In this document: in pieces, positions 27,005 to 36,231 of the stretch
How the letters are laid out: each line of letters starts with the position of its first letter
Numbering within the stretch: position 1 is the first letter of the stretch
Origin: a virus
Direction: 5' to 3' (one strand)
UHGV virus genome: UHGV-0210678
DNA length: 42,848 bases
Program-made: the position numbers and the translations under genes
Notes under the pieces: generated by a model
The model's database searches: none
What the model was told of the DNA's origin: nothing
The model's input: the letters and a program-made list of their open reading frames with translations, nothing else

Positions 27005-27265
27005 CTAACTAGCAGTTACATTGGCACCGTCAGTAGTTGCTGTAGCTTTAACATTTTGTGGACTAGCGGGCTTGGCGGCAAGAACCGTAAATCCCGGAAC
27101 ATCTACCTTGTCACTCGTTTGACTACCGTCCACATAGGCAACCTGATAGTCACCAGTAGCGACAACTTTGCCAGCTGATAAGCCAGTAATTGCCACACTG
27201 GTTGCATCACCAGTTGCAATTGCCGTTTCATTACCCTTTTGATAAGCATTCAACACTTTAGCCAT
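27005..27265 (-). CDS. 86-aa FN3/Ig-like virion accessory protein, possibly circularly permuted
   Basis: SVAITGL..G...YQV motif in the middle; PASPQNVKATATTDGANVT at the C-terminus. Confidence 0.7.
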   Translation of the reverse strand: MAKVLNAYQKGNETAIATGDATSVAITGLSAGKVVATGDYQVAYVDGSQTSDKVDVPGFTVLAAKPASPQNVKATATTDGANVTAS

Positions 27266-27287
27266 TCTATATTCCTCCTATTTTTAA

Positions 27288-27365
27288 TTGCCTACTTTGC
27301 TGTGATCTTCGCACCGTCATTCGTAGGTATTGCTTTAACATTAGACGGTGGCATTATTTTGACGG
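27288..27365 (-). other. -1 frameshift site and pseudoknot; 21-codon extension of the major capsid protein
   Basis: CCG TCA AAA TAA; stem CACCGTC/GACGGTG; loop CCTAC pairs with downstream GTAGG. Confidence 0.75.
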
Positions 27366-28301
27366 CGTACCAGATGCCACAGCTTTACCCTTATTGGATT
27401 TTTTAACCGTAGCATCCTTAGTGCTGGTTACGTTTTGGTTAATAACAGTACCGCCTTCGACATCAAATGGATTAATGACTAACAACTTAGTGTCATCATA
27501 GATTGCAACACCATAATGTTCATCGGCATTAAACTTAGTGATTTTATGATCCATATCGCGACCCTTTTCAGAGAGAACATTCCGCTTCATGTAGGTACGC
27601 ATTGCACCCGGCTTAACTGCCACAGCGGAGCCTTCTTTGATCTTACGCGACCGTACAATTTGCCATCCGAGTAACTCACCAAATGTGCCATTAATCAAGA
27701 TGTTGTCACCTAAATCAGTTGCTCGCGTCCAGTTCTCAGCAGCAGCCTTACGTAGTTTATTGACATCTTTAGGGTTCATAAACAATACGCCGGTGGTCGG
27801 TGAATCATCTTCTACCGCGTACTCACTCGTATCATCATTAAATGCAGCTTCAATTGCATCGACCATATCCAATGACGTAACATCAACGCCAGTGCTTAAC
27901 GTAAGCCGTGATTTCATTGCAGTAGCCAAGATATCATTGTCAATCTTAGATGCGATTGCCATCGTAATTTGTCGCTGACCTTCACCCACTGGATCTCCAT
28001 ATCCAGACAGAGCGGCTTCGTCAGTAATCTTGACACCTTTACCTGCTTTCTTAATCGTGAACATGTCGGTATCTGTTGAAAGGCTAGCATAATCAATAGC
28101 GCCACCTTCATCGACATCCGTTGCATCTCCGATATACTTGTATCGAGGTACGGTTACATCAGTACCTGGTCGACCTTCAAGTGTATTGTCAACAGGTGCA
28201 ATAGCGCTAAAACGAATTGCTTTAGGTAATTTAGCGCTAATCATCGCAGTCATAACTTGTGGATCAATCAGGTTATCTAATACAGTTGTTTCATCTGCCA
28301 T
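27354..28301 (-). CDS. Major capsid protein
   Basis: LIDPQV..LEGRPGTDVTVPRY.YIGDA and ITDEAALSGYGDP motifs. Confidence 0.93.
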   Translation of the reverse strand: MADETTVLDNLIDPQVMTAMISAKLPKAIRFSAIAPVDNTLEGRPGTDVTVPRYKYIGDATDVDEGGAIDYASLSTDTDMFTIKKAGKGVKITDEAALSGYGDPVGEGQRQITMAIASKIDNDILATAMKSRLTLSTGVDVTSLDMVDAIEAAFNDDTSEYAVEDDSPTTGVLFMNPKDVNKLRKAAAENWTRATDLGDNILINGTFGELLGWQIVRSRKIKEGSAVAVKPGAMRTYMKRNVLSEKGRDMDHKITKFNADEHYGVAIYDDTKLLVINPFDVEGGTVINQNVTSTKDATVKKSNKGKAVASGTPSK

Positions 28302-28314
28302 GTGTTATTTCCTC

Positions 28315-28926
28315 CTAATTATTTGTTAGTTTTTTAACAGCTTGCTTGTAAACATCAGGGTGCTCTAGTTTCAGTTTTGCAGCTTCACCATAGCTAATCT
28401 TTGACAAATCTGGCACCGCAACGTTACCTTGACCACCACTAAGGTTTTGACCAGCAACTGCCGTTCCTTGCGCTGCTTCTACACCCTTAAATGCTGGGTT
28501 ACGCTCTAAAACCCCAGTTAACGCTTCATCGATTGTTTTCACACCATTAGCTTTACTTGCTAAGTCAGCCTTAGCGAGCGCCAGCGCATCACTCAAATGA
28601 TCAGCATCAACTCCCTGTTTAAGAGCAGCTACTTGAGCTTCCGCATTGTCAGCGCGACTAGTTTCTTTTGCAAGTTTACTGGTAGCCTTGTCTAACTCAC
28701 CGGATTTAGCCTCCAATGCACTCTGATTAGCCGCTACATCTTTATTATGTTGTTCAACGACACCTTTCAAGTCATCCTCGTTATCAAACCCAAGTGACTT
28801 CAATAATTCAGTACGTGCGTCTGCAGCCACCTGCTCTGTATCAACCGAAGAAGGAGTTGCCACTGAATCGGTTGCTGGGGTTGTCGGAGGCGTAGACTCT
28901 GTTGACGTTGCATTATCCTCTGCCAT
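28315..28926 (-). CDS. Scaffold protein
   Basis: Acidic coiled coil before the capsid gene; C-terminal SYGE..KLKLEHPDVY. Confidence 0.85.
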   Translation of the reverse strand: MAEDNATSTESTPPTTPATDSVATPSSVDTEQVAADARTELLKSLGFDNEDDLKGVVEQHNKDVAANQSALEAKSGELDKATSKLAKETSRADNAEAQVAALKQGVDADHLSDALALAKADLASKANGVKTIDEALTGVLERNPAFKGVEAAQGTAVAGQNLSGGQGNVAVPDLSKISYGEAAKLKLEHPDVYKQAVKKLTNN

Positions 28927-28989
28927 CTTTATTGCTCCTCTCTAAATTTAGGTATAAAAAATAAGCCTTTTAACGCCATGCTAAGGGCA

Positions 28990-30075
28990 CTACTGTTTTT
29001 CTCGATTGTATTGACGTACTAGCCCATGCTTGTTAACAAACTGACGAGTAACTGACTGACGACGGCTCACTAATTCTTGTGCAGCCGTAATATCACTTTG
29101 ATCGCCAAGCTTTTTAGCTGCTATCAGTTTACGCTTTGCTTTTCGCACCTCACGTTCAAGTCGTCGCTGAGTTTGTTCTAATTGATACCTAGCAGCATTG
29201 TCATCATCTGACTGCTGTGGCACTGGCATTGAACCGTAGCCTTCGATATATGGAATCGTATAATGTCGGCAATTAATGCCCCCAATGCCAGTAATCGTAC
29301 CGTATCCCGTTGTTGATTCGAAATCTGGATACTTGTCTGTATTACCGTTCAAAGAATAAACATGGTCTTGATACTGTAAGTGGCTTGGACGGCATCCAAT
29401 ATGTGAACTAACTTTAACTAACGAGCCATACTGGCGATACCTAAGTAACTCTGTATCATTCGTAGCACTATTAATACTTGAGTTAACCACTGTCCGCACA
29501 TAGACATCTGGTGACCATTTTCGACCAGCCTTATCAACGAGTGCGGGTACACCTTGTTCTGCCCATTGCTCACTAGCTTTACTTATTGCTTTCGATGGAA
29601 CCGTCCCGTTATTGATTGACTGCCTAGCATCACCGACAATTCCCTTAAATGTCCGATACGCATTTGTACTCATGTTACGCCGTGCAAGGTTCAGATAATT
29701 ATCCGTCTCTGTTAACTGGTTTTCAACAATCTGCTTAAAATGCTGTGAGTCCTTAATCGAATTTACTTGCTTGCCTGTAGCCTCTCTAAGCCACTTTTCA
29801 GCTTGTTTAATGTTGCCTTGACTAATTGTACCCAGCTTCGTGTGCAACTGCTTTGAAGCATGTTTCGTTGGCGACACAGTGATTCTAGCCGCATATTGTC
29901 GCACATCGTCCGCATGATTCAGCAATTCATTTACCCACTCATTATCGGTATCATCATGTTTAGATGCTTCATTTCCTATCAGGTTGATGATGTAAGACCA
30001 AATCAATTCTTCAACACTAGCATAATTACTCGCATCATCGTCTGAATAGTCTGATAAATCCCATGGCTTAAGCAT
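28990..30075 (-). CDS. Minor capsid protein
   Basis: DKAGRKW, SSH.GCRPSH, GINCRH and QRRLEREVR motifs; start overlaps the portal gene end. Confidence 0.88.
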   Translation of the reverse strand: MLKPWDLSDYSDDDASNYASVEELIWSYIINLIGNEASKHDDTDNEWVNELLNHADDVRQYAARITVSPTKHASKQLHTKLGTISQGNIKQAEKWLREATGKQVNSIKDSQHFKQIVENQLTETDNYLNLARRNMSTNAYRTFKGIVGDARQSINNGTVPSKAISKASEQWAEQGVPALVDKAGRKWSPDVYVRTVVNSSINSATNDTELLRYRQYGSLVKVSSHIGCRPSHLQYQDHVYSLNGNTDKYPDFESTTGYGTITGIGGINCRHYTIPYIEGYGSMPVPQQSDDDNAARYQLEQTQRRLEREVRKAKRKLIAAKKLGDQSDITAAQELVSRRQSVTRQFVNKHGLVRQYNREKQ

Positions 30076-31663
30076 CATCCTCACCATCTTTACCATTACC
30101 ACCAACGACATCTTCAATTGCACCTTCAGCATTCGCTGTTTCTGCATTGATTCGTTCAAGAACCTGTTGCGCTTCCACATCGGTGATTCCATTGGCCCGC
30201 TTGATCGCTTCTAGCTGTGTCATGACGGGGTGATTGCCATTAGCTTTCATGTAATAATCCAGATTATCATTCCGGTCTTTGGCAATCGAATCATCAAAGT
30301 TAACTGAAATATCAATATCCGTTTGACCTGAATATTGTACACCAGGGTCGTTCTTCCCAAGTTCAATGATGACTTGGCACATATGTTCAATTGCCTCGCC
30401 AATCAGGGTTTCATGACTGTTCTTTGATTGATAAGTGTCGCTGTTCTCACTAATAACCGCGGTTGCAGTAATAACACCCTGTTTGCTGTCAAATGTAAAC
30501 ATATCCGCACTAAATCCAATTTGTGAGGAGTAGAAATGCAACAGATCATTGATTCCAGATACGATTGCTTCATTTCGCAACCCTAAGGTAATATCAGTTG
30601 GTTTAGCTGACTCACCATCACCGCCACCCATTGTCGTGTTGTATGCCATGTAGACATCTTCAGTCCAATCGACAAAATACCGTGCCTTACCGGTTTGTGG
30701 GTCAACTTCACGCCTCAATTGATTTGCTGGTGCAACGATGCGTCGTTTGCCTTTAACAAATTCTTGGAATAGCAGGTCATAGGCTTCATCTAGTTGGCGT
30801 AACGTATCCACTGCATTCGCATAAATCGGAATACCAAGTGGACTGTCAATGTGCAAGTTGTTGGCTAGGTTGGGTTTCAGATAGATAAATGTAGGTTGCG
30901 AGTATAATTCTTTGGGATACTTAGTTGGTTTGGGTGACATATTTTTGAACGCATTTGGTAGGTCGCTCCAGTCATTGATTTTCACACCCAAATCATCAGT
31001 ACTGTTAGTTGTACTCTTGTAAATTTCATTAGTCACAACATAGTCAGTATCTGTTTCTTCATGCCATTCCAGTAACGTATAGTAATGACTGTCACTCATG
31101 AACTTAGAGGCAATGACAGCCTCACTCACACCATTTGCATCTGAAGAAATCGGATAGAACGCATCTGCGGTAGCGAATCGAATCTTAACTTTACCACGGT
31201 CGGTATATAGCCGAATTACAATGCCACCAGTTGCGAACATATATTCTAAGTAACGTTCAAAATTGTTGTAAAAATGATTATCCTTCAGGGTTTGCTGTAC
31301 GAATTGATTCTCATCCGTTTGATAATCCTCAGGCGACGTAGGATCATTAGGGTTCTTCGCATCCTTAGGACTAACGGTGATGACAGCCTTTTGATTAAAT
31401 ACTAGGCTTGCCATCTTTTTAGCAGCAACTTGTCCCATGTTTAATGACATCTTCTGACGATCTAAATAAGAGCCGTCAGGAAGCCGCTTATGGATTTTCA
31501 ACCATTCAGGTGTTGACTGGTAAATACCAAACCACTTAGCAATCAATCCATACTGATCATCATCCGCCATTACTTTCTTATGGTCAGGTACACTCTGCAA
31601 TTCACTAGCTAATCCCATTTTGACCAACACCCCCTTTATCCAATCGTGTATTCTATTAAACAA
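30068..31663 (-). CDS. Portal protein (A118-like)
   Basis: Follows terL; SPLGIPIY, TATAV and FDDSI motifs. Confidence 0.92.
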   Translation of the reverse strand: MFNRIHDWIKGVLVKMGLASELQSVPDHKKVMADDDQYGLIAKWFGIYQSTPEWLKIHKRLPDGSYLDRQKMSLNMGQVAAKKMASLVFNQKAVITVSPKDAKNPNDPTSPEDYQTDENQFVQQTLKDNHFYNNFERYLEYMFATGGIVIRLYTDRGKVKIRFATADAFYPISSDANGVSEAVIASKFMSDSHYYTLLEWHEETDTDYVVTNEIYKSTTNSTDDLGVKINDWSDLPNAFKNMSPKPTKYPKELYSQPTFIYLKPNLANNLHIDSPLGIPIYANAVDTLRQLDEAYDLLFQEFVKGKRRIVAPANQLRREVDPQTGKARYFVDWTEDVYMAYNTTMGGGDGESAKPTDITLGLRNEAIVSGINDLLHFYSSQIGFSADMFTFDSKQGVITATAVISENSDTYQSKNSHETLIGEAIEHMCQVIIELGKNDPGVQYSGQTDIDISVNFDDSIAKDRNDNLDYYMKANGNHPVMTQLEAIKRANGITDVEAQQVLERINAETANAEGAIEDVVGGNGKDGEDDA

Positions 31664-31665
31664 GG

Positions 31666-32991
31666 TTAGTAACCTCCCTTGTATTTCTTCGTAAAGTAGT
31701 TAGCCGCATACCGGCACTCATCCATTGCATGGTTATTTGCATCGACAGGCTTACCAGTCGCCTCATCACGAACATACATACCAAGTTCTTTAACGAAGTG
31801 ATAGGAATCATAGCTCTGATTGGCTAGTCCACTATCCGGCGTATCAACTAAGACAAACTGACCATCGGCAATCAGTGATTGTTGACGCTGGATACCCACT
31901 TCAATTCCTTTAGAGTTACCAACGTGATCATGGCCATTGTTATCTGCCTTACCAGCCTCGATACCAACTTTGATTAGCTCTTGCCGCAATGCTAATGAAG
32001 CAGGGTCCACTAGTACCATCGAGTAGTGCAGCTGATATGTGCTGACGCACCACATAATGAATCTTCTTAATTCTGTTGCATACGTGCTCATCGCCTTTGT
32101 TTGTCCCGTCTCCGTGCCACTGTGATAATAATTAGCAACGCGATTTAGAACAAACTTAAAACGTCCATCAGGTTGACGGACGCGGGTAACAATATTGCAA
32201 CTCATTGTTGTGGCGTCATCTTGACCGGCATCACCCGTAAAGTACATCTCAACCGGTTGTCCAATCAAGGTATGGTTAGTCATACTATCTTGGTCAAACT
32301 GGTCATAGATAATCCCTTGTGGCATAACTCTTAATCCTAACCAGTCGCGCTTATACAGATATGGATTCTTCTTAAGCTGTGCCTCCATCTCAGCCAAACG
32401 CTTGGTTGTCATCACTGGGTTATCAGACATACGCCAATGCAGCCAATGCGCATCACGTTCATCAAAGAACTTAATAATCGGGTCTTGTGGTGCTGGCGGG
32501 TTAAGGTCAGCAAGATGATAACGATACTTAGCTGCAGCTGTCCGCCGAAAGGTTTCGTCAAGGAACTCTCGGTTTAACAAGTTGATTTCAGAATACGCGA
32601 CTGAGCCCATTGACATCCCACGAATGGCGTTAGCACTGTTTGACTTGGCCCCACCTTTGAAATAAATCTTCTTTTTTCCACTAGGCAGGTCTAAAGCTAA
32701 ATGGTCACCACCGCGATCACGTCTCAAATGACTAGCACCATCGAATATATAAGCTAGTCCCATGCCATCACCTTCGATAAACAGGTTATAGGCTAACTCT
32801 TGGTTGTAGGCACTGACTAAATGGTTCTCGTCCGGGGTTGCCAAATAGAACATTGCAAGCCGGGCATCATCTGCTGCTGTCTTGCCGGCACGAATCGAGC
32901 CCTCATTCACATCAAATAGGTGGTCGAATGGAGAAAATATGAACGTCGCTTGCTTCTTACCATAATTAATATTACTTAATGGTGTTTGCAT
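31666..32991 (-). CDS. terL: Terminase large subunit (PBSX-like)
   Basis: Walker A EGSIRAGKT, DLNP, VDPAS and NHAMDECRY motifs. Confidence 0.95.
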   Translation of the reverse strand: MQTPLSNINYGKKQATFIFSPFDHLFDVNEGSIRAGKTAADDARLAMFYLATPDENHLVSAYNQELAYNLFIEGDGMGLAYIFDGASHLRRDRGGDHLALDLPSGKKKIYFKGGAKSNSANAIRGMSMGSVAYSEINLLNREFLDETFRRTAAAKYRYHLADLNPPAPQDPIIKFFDERDAHWLHWRMSDNPVMTTKRLAEMEAQLKKNPYLYKRDWLGLRVMPQGIIYDQFDQDSMTNHTLIGQPVEMYFTGDAGQDDATTMSCNIVTRVRQPDGRFKFVLNRVANYYHSGTETGQTKAMSTYATELRRFIMWCVSTYQLHYSMVLVDPASLALRQELIKVGIEAGKADNNGHDHVGNSKGIEVGIQRQQSLIADGQFVLVDTPDSGLANQSYDSYHFVKELGMYVRDEATGKPVDANNHAMDECRYAANYFTKKYKGGY

Positions 32992-33481
32992 CGTTTTCTT
33001 CCTCCTTAGGAACCAGTTGCGCTGCACCCTTCGTTAAAGCCTTAAGCAATGGATTGACATGACCAACGCCTTCAAGTTCATTAGCCTTATGCTCAACAAT
33101 GCGAGCATCCGCGTTAGCTTTCCTGATTTGTGCCTTCCGAAGTTCATCATTACCATCCGGTGAGCCAAATCCAGCCATGGTTAGAATCGTTGTATTTGCT
33201 TGTAGGCGTACCATCTCAGACTTGGCATTTAAGGATAGCTGGTGTAACTGTTTGACTGCATCCGGCACATAACCATCCAATGCGATATGGCGGTATTCTT
33301 GCTGAGCTTTGATAAAGGTTTGGTTCTTCTTCCAATTGGCGAGTGTCTGTCGTGAACGGTTTACCGTTTTGGCAATTTCTTCATCCGTTAACTCATCTTC
33401 AAACAGCATGATAACAGCCTTTTTCCGCCGTTCATCAAGGCTTTGAAAAGCACCATTTTGTAAACTTTTGTATACTGTCAT
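32972..33481 (-). CDS. terS: Terminase small subunit
   Basis: N-terminal HTH (TDEEIAKTVNRSRQTLANWKK); overlaps the terL start. Confidence 0.85.
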   Translation of the reverse strand: MTVYKSLQNGAFQSLDERRKKAVIMLFEDELTDEEIAKTVNRSRQTLANWKKNQTFIKAQQEYRHIALDGYVPDAVKQLHQLSLNAKSEMVRLQANTTILTMAGFGSPDGNDELRKAQIRKANADARIVEHKANELEGVGHVNPLLKALTKGAAQLVPKEEENDANTIK

Positions 33482-33520
33482 TACATACCACCACACCTCC
33501 GTTAATTGGAATTAATTAGT

Positions 33521-33643
33521 CTAGCTCAATTGCTTAATGCGTTTTGAGAAACAATAACAACGCTTGAATAAATTAATTTGAATCCACGATACAACGTAAG
33601 AATGCTTATTTTCGTCGTATTTCGTCATGTAATGATGTACCAT
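33521..33643 (-). CDS. 40-aa hypothetical protein (MVHHYMTKYDEN...), absent from the ORF track
   Basis: AAAGGAGG RBS, ATG 33643, TAG 33521-33523. Confidence 0.6.
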   Translation of the reverse strand: MVHHYMTKYDENKHSYVVSWIQINLFKRCYCFSKRIKQLS

Positions 33644-33678
33644 TTGCTCGCCCTCCTTTATTTTTAATATGTAATTCA

Positions 33679-33951
33679 CTAATCTAGTAAGTCGTAAGTT
33701 TGCTTAAAGATATCAGGCTTGCATGGGTAAAACTCACCGTGAACTCCTTTGATGATGTAATCACCCCGCTCAGCAAGCATATCGCCTTCCAATGTGTGAA
33801 TGACTAACTTTACATCAGGTGTGCCTTTATTTTCAAAACTGATTACACTTTTTTTAATGGCTTCACAAGCCCATTCTGGATCTTCTTTTTGGTCATAGTC
33901 TCCCGTCCATTTGAAACAATCAATAACTACTGGTTTCTTTTGTGCTTTCAT
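33679..33951 (-). CDS. Conserved 90-aa phage protein ([33 protein letters not shown]-like)
   Basis: AAGGAGG RBS, ATG 33951; widespread phage motif. Confidence 0.8.
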   Translation of the reverse strand: MKAQKKPVVIDCFKWTGDYDQKEDPEWACEAIKKSVISFENKGTPDVKLVIHTLEGDMLAERGDYIIKGVHGEFYPCKPDIFKQTYDLLD

Positions 33952-34090
33952 GCTGTACCTCCTTATTTTTATCCAAACTAAAAGCGCCATGCTGTTTAGC
34001 ACGACGCTTCATCCATTTATCTAAGTGGGCATCCATCTCTGCTTCTTGTGGCGTGATGTAGCCATATTTTGTATTAATCATCTTTGCCAT
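33920..34090 (-). CDS. Hypothetical protein
   Basis: Short ORF overlapping its neighbours in the late-leader cluster. Confidence 0.5.
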   Translation of the reverse strand: MAKMINTKYGYITPQEAEMDAHLDKWMKRRAKQHGAFSLDKNKEVQHESTKETSSY

Positions 34091-34193
34091 GAGTTGCCTC
34101 GTTGCTTGAACAGAATGGATATTGTCCACCAAATAATTCTAGGTTAACTTTTTTCCAATCATTCTCAATGACCCAGTTGTCTTTCATATTCAT
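34074..34193 (-). CDS. 39-aa hypothetical protein (MNMKDNWVIEND...)
   Basis: AGGAGG RBS, ATG 34193, TAA 34074-34076. Confidence 0.5.
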   Translation of the reverse strand: MNMKDNWVIENDWKKVNLELFGGQYPFCSSNEATHGKDD

Positions 34194-34563
34194 TGTAGTT
34201 CCTCCTAATCGTATGTACTTAAAAAAGCCTGACGTCAGCCAGGCCTATGTATTGTTGCCTCATAAGATGGCGATCCTGTTATTCAACAATACAATTTTAT
34301 ATCATACTATATCCAACATCATTTGAGTTGCAATACACACTATTTACTTTACTAAAAAGATCCCAACTAAATGTCAGGCTCCTGTACACGGTTGTTATCG
34401 GAAAAACGATTATAGTTTTTGCAACCATGTTTGATTATATTGCCACAGCGCACATGTTTCCGCATGCAATTTGGTGGCCAGTTTAATTGCGCTAATTATG
34501 TGATTCATAATACTATCAAATAGATGTATACTTATTTCATCTTTAACGAAAGGAGAGAGAAAT

Positions 34564-34833
34564 ATGTCATATGAAATAGTTAAAGTTCATACGGACAATA
34601 GTTTTGACACCGACGAATCTGATATTAAAAAGGTTCAACTATCAGATGGGAGTGAAGAAACCGTTGCGCAAGTGGTCAATTTTATTGATCAAAACCTTGA
34701 ATATTATTTCACTTCACGTGAAGGCAATAAAACCGAAGTTGAAACAGTGCATCCCACTTACCGTGATCCATATATAAGAACTAAAGCAAACCAAACGACT
34801 TATGACAATCTACTCAGTTTGCCTAGATTCTAG
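34564..34833 (+). CDS. DUF3892-like moron protein
   Basis: Opposite strand, own RBS; C-terminal YIRTKAN...DNLLSLP motif. Confidence 0.8.
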   Translation: MSYEIVKVHTDNSFDTDESDIKKVQLSDGSEETVAQVVNFIDQNLEYYFTSREGNKTEVETVHPTYRDPYIRTKANQTTYDNLLSLPRF

Positions 34834-34845
34834 TTTAAAGGACTC

Positions 34846-34992
34846 TCACTTTGAGGTGGGGGTTTTTGTTTTAACATTGAAATCATAGTGAGCTAATGTC
34901 TGACCATCAGCCAAATTTTCATTTGATCTGTTAATTGATACCAAACGACCATGTAAAACCTCATTTACTAATTGTTCAATAATTTTAAACAT
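34846..34992 (-). CDS. 48-aa hypothetical protein (MFKIIEQLVNE...)
   Basis: AAGGAGG RBS, ATG 34992, TGA 34846-34848. Confidence 0.55.
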   Translation of the reverse strand: MFKIIEQLVNEVLHGRLVSINRSNENLADGQTLAHYDFNVKTKTPTSK

Positions 34993-35023
34993 AACCAATT
35001 CCTCCTTAATTTCAATTTAACAA

Positions 35024-35083
35024 TATCGCCGGTAGGACTCGAACCTACATCCAATTGTGGCTTGCCAATTAGCCCACAGCGAT
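35024..35083 (-). ncRNA. tRNA-like element lacking an anticodon arm
   Basis: ATCGCTG-TG-GGCT-AATTGGCA-AGCC-[10 nt]-GTAGG-TTCGAGT-CCTAC-CGGCGAT-A. Confidence 0.75.
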
Positions 35084-35169
35084 ACTCGCATTCAACGGCC
35101 GATGTTAAATACGAAGACTAATGCCGGCGGCAGAGAGGAGCGCATCACCCCTTATAAATCCGCCGGCAA

Positions 35170-35242
35170 CGTAGCCTGCTGGACTTGAACCAGCGACAAC
35201 CTGATTAACAGTCAGGCGCTCTACCAACTGAGCTAAGGCCAC
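35170..35242 (-). tRNA. tRNA-Asn(GTT)
   Basis: 73-nt cloverleaf, anticodon loop CT-GTT-AA, discriminator G73. Confidence 0.92.
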
Positions 35243-35332
35243 ACGAATGTTAGGAAATATGACTAACTTTCCCAACGTTCAATAAAACATATTGTATAAT
35301 TAGATATCCCAACAAATTAGAGGTGAATACTA

Positions 35333-35980
35333 ATGACTATTCGAATTTCATTAACTGATTTTCTTACTTTCAATGCTTCTAAGTCACAACGTAGTAAAAG
35401 AAATGTTGTTAAACGAATTCAAGACCGCCATGATTACAACCCGGCTTTTGATTTTTGGAAAGATTTACGTGAAGCTGTTAAGAAGCTTCCGGATAATCCT
35501 AATTTATCCGCTCTAGATTCCATAGCTGCAAGTGAGCCTGATAACAGACAACACAAACGCGAAAATTATACTCGTGCAGTTGCCCGTTTTAAATCATTTG
35601 TGAAGCACGAATCTCCAGAATTCTTTTCTGTTCAAAATATTAAAAACATTTGGTCCATGGAAAATCAGCTGGAAGTTAATGTTTCTCCTGAAATAGGTAT
35701 GAGAATTAATGATACTGAATATCTAGTCAAAATTTATTTCAAGGTGAAAAACCCCAATATTGCTATCAGTAAACAAAACGTATCATCTACTCTTGCAATG
35801 TTAAGAACTGCATTAGATGCTTCTGGTGAAAAAAGGCCATGCGCAATTCTCAATATTCAAACAGGAAAGCTAATTCCTGAAGACCAAAGTAATATTGAAG
35901 ATGATGAAATGGATTTAGAAGTTGAAGCACTGACTTTCGTCAACACCTGGAATCGTATTGTCCCCCCAGATCACTCATAA
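35333..35980 (+). CDS. Moron protein, function unknown
   Basis: Opposite strand; TATAAT at 35295-35300; GAGG RBS; 215 aa. Confidence 0.75.
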   Translation: MTIRISLTDFLTFNASKSQRSKRNVVKRIQDRHDYNPAFDFWKDLREAVKKLPDNPNLSALDSIAASEPDNRQHKRENYTRAVARFKSFVKHESPEFFSVQNIKNIWSMENQLEVNVSPEIGMRINDTEYLVKIYFKVKNPNIAISKQNVSSTLAMLRTALDASGEKRPCAILNIQTGKLIPEDQSNIEDDEMDLEVEALTFVNTWNRIVPPDHS

Positions 35981-36116
35981 CTTGTGCACATTCATCACAT
36001 ATCCATGAACCATCGTCATTTTGTAACGTTGCCACCTGCCCACATAGTGAACAGCGTGGCTTTTTAATATGGATTAAGTACCAGTCATGTATCCATAAAC
36101 GTAACGAAATAAACAT
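35940..36116 (-). CDS. 58-aa zinc-ribbon protein (CSLC..CDEC), absent from the ORF track
   Basis: RBS AAAGGGTG, ATG 36116, TGA 35940-35942; first ORF after the late promoter. Confidence 0.6.
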   Translation of the reverse strand: MFISLRLWIHDWYLIHIKKPRCSLCGQVATLQNDDGSWICDECAQVMSDLGGQYDSRC

Positions 36117-36150
36117 ATTATCACCCTTTTCTTAATTACCTTATGCTACT

Positions 36151-36231
36151 AATTTACCATCAATTTATTGCTATGAAGTCCGGCTTGAGTTCGGAAAAAG
36201 TTCGGTTAAAGTCCGGTTTGAGTTCGGTTTT
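36151..36231 (-). promoter_or_regulatory. Late promoter with five 11-bp-periodic activator repeats
   Basis: AGTYCGG at 36177, 36188, 36199, 36210 and 36221; extended -10 TGGTAAATT on - at 36159-36151. Confidence 0.75.
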
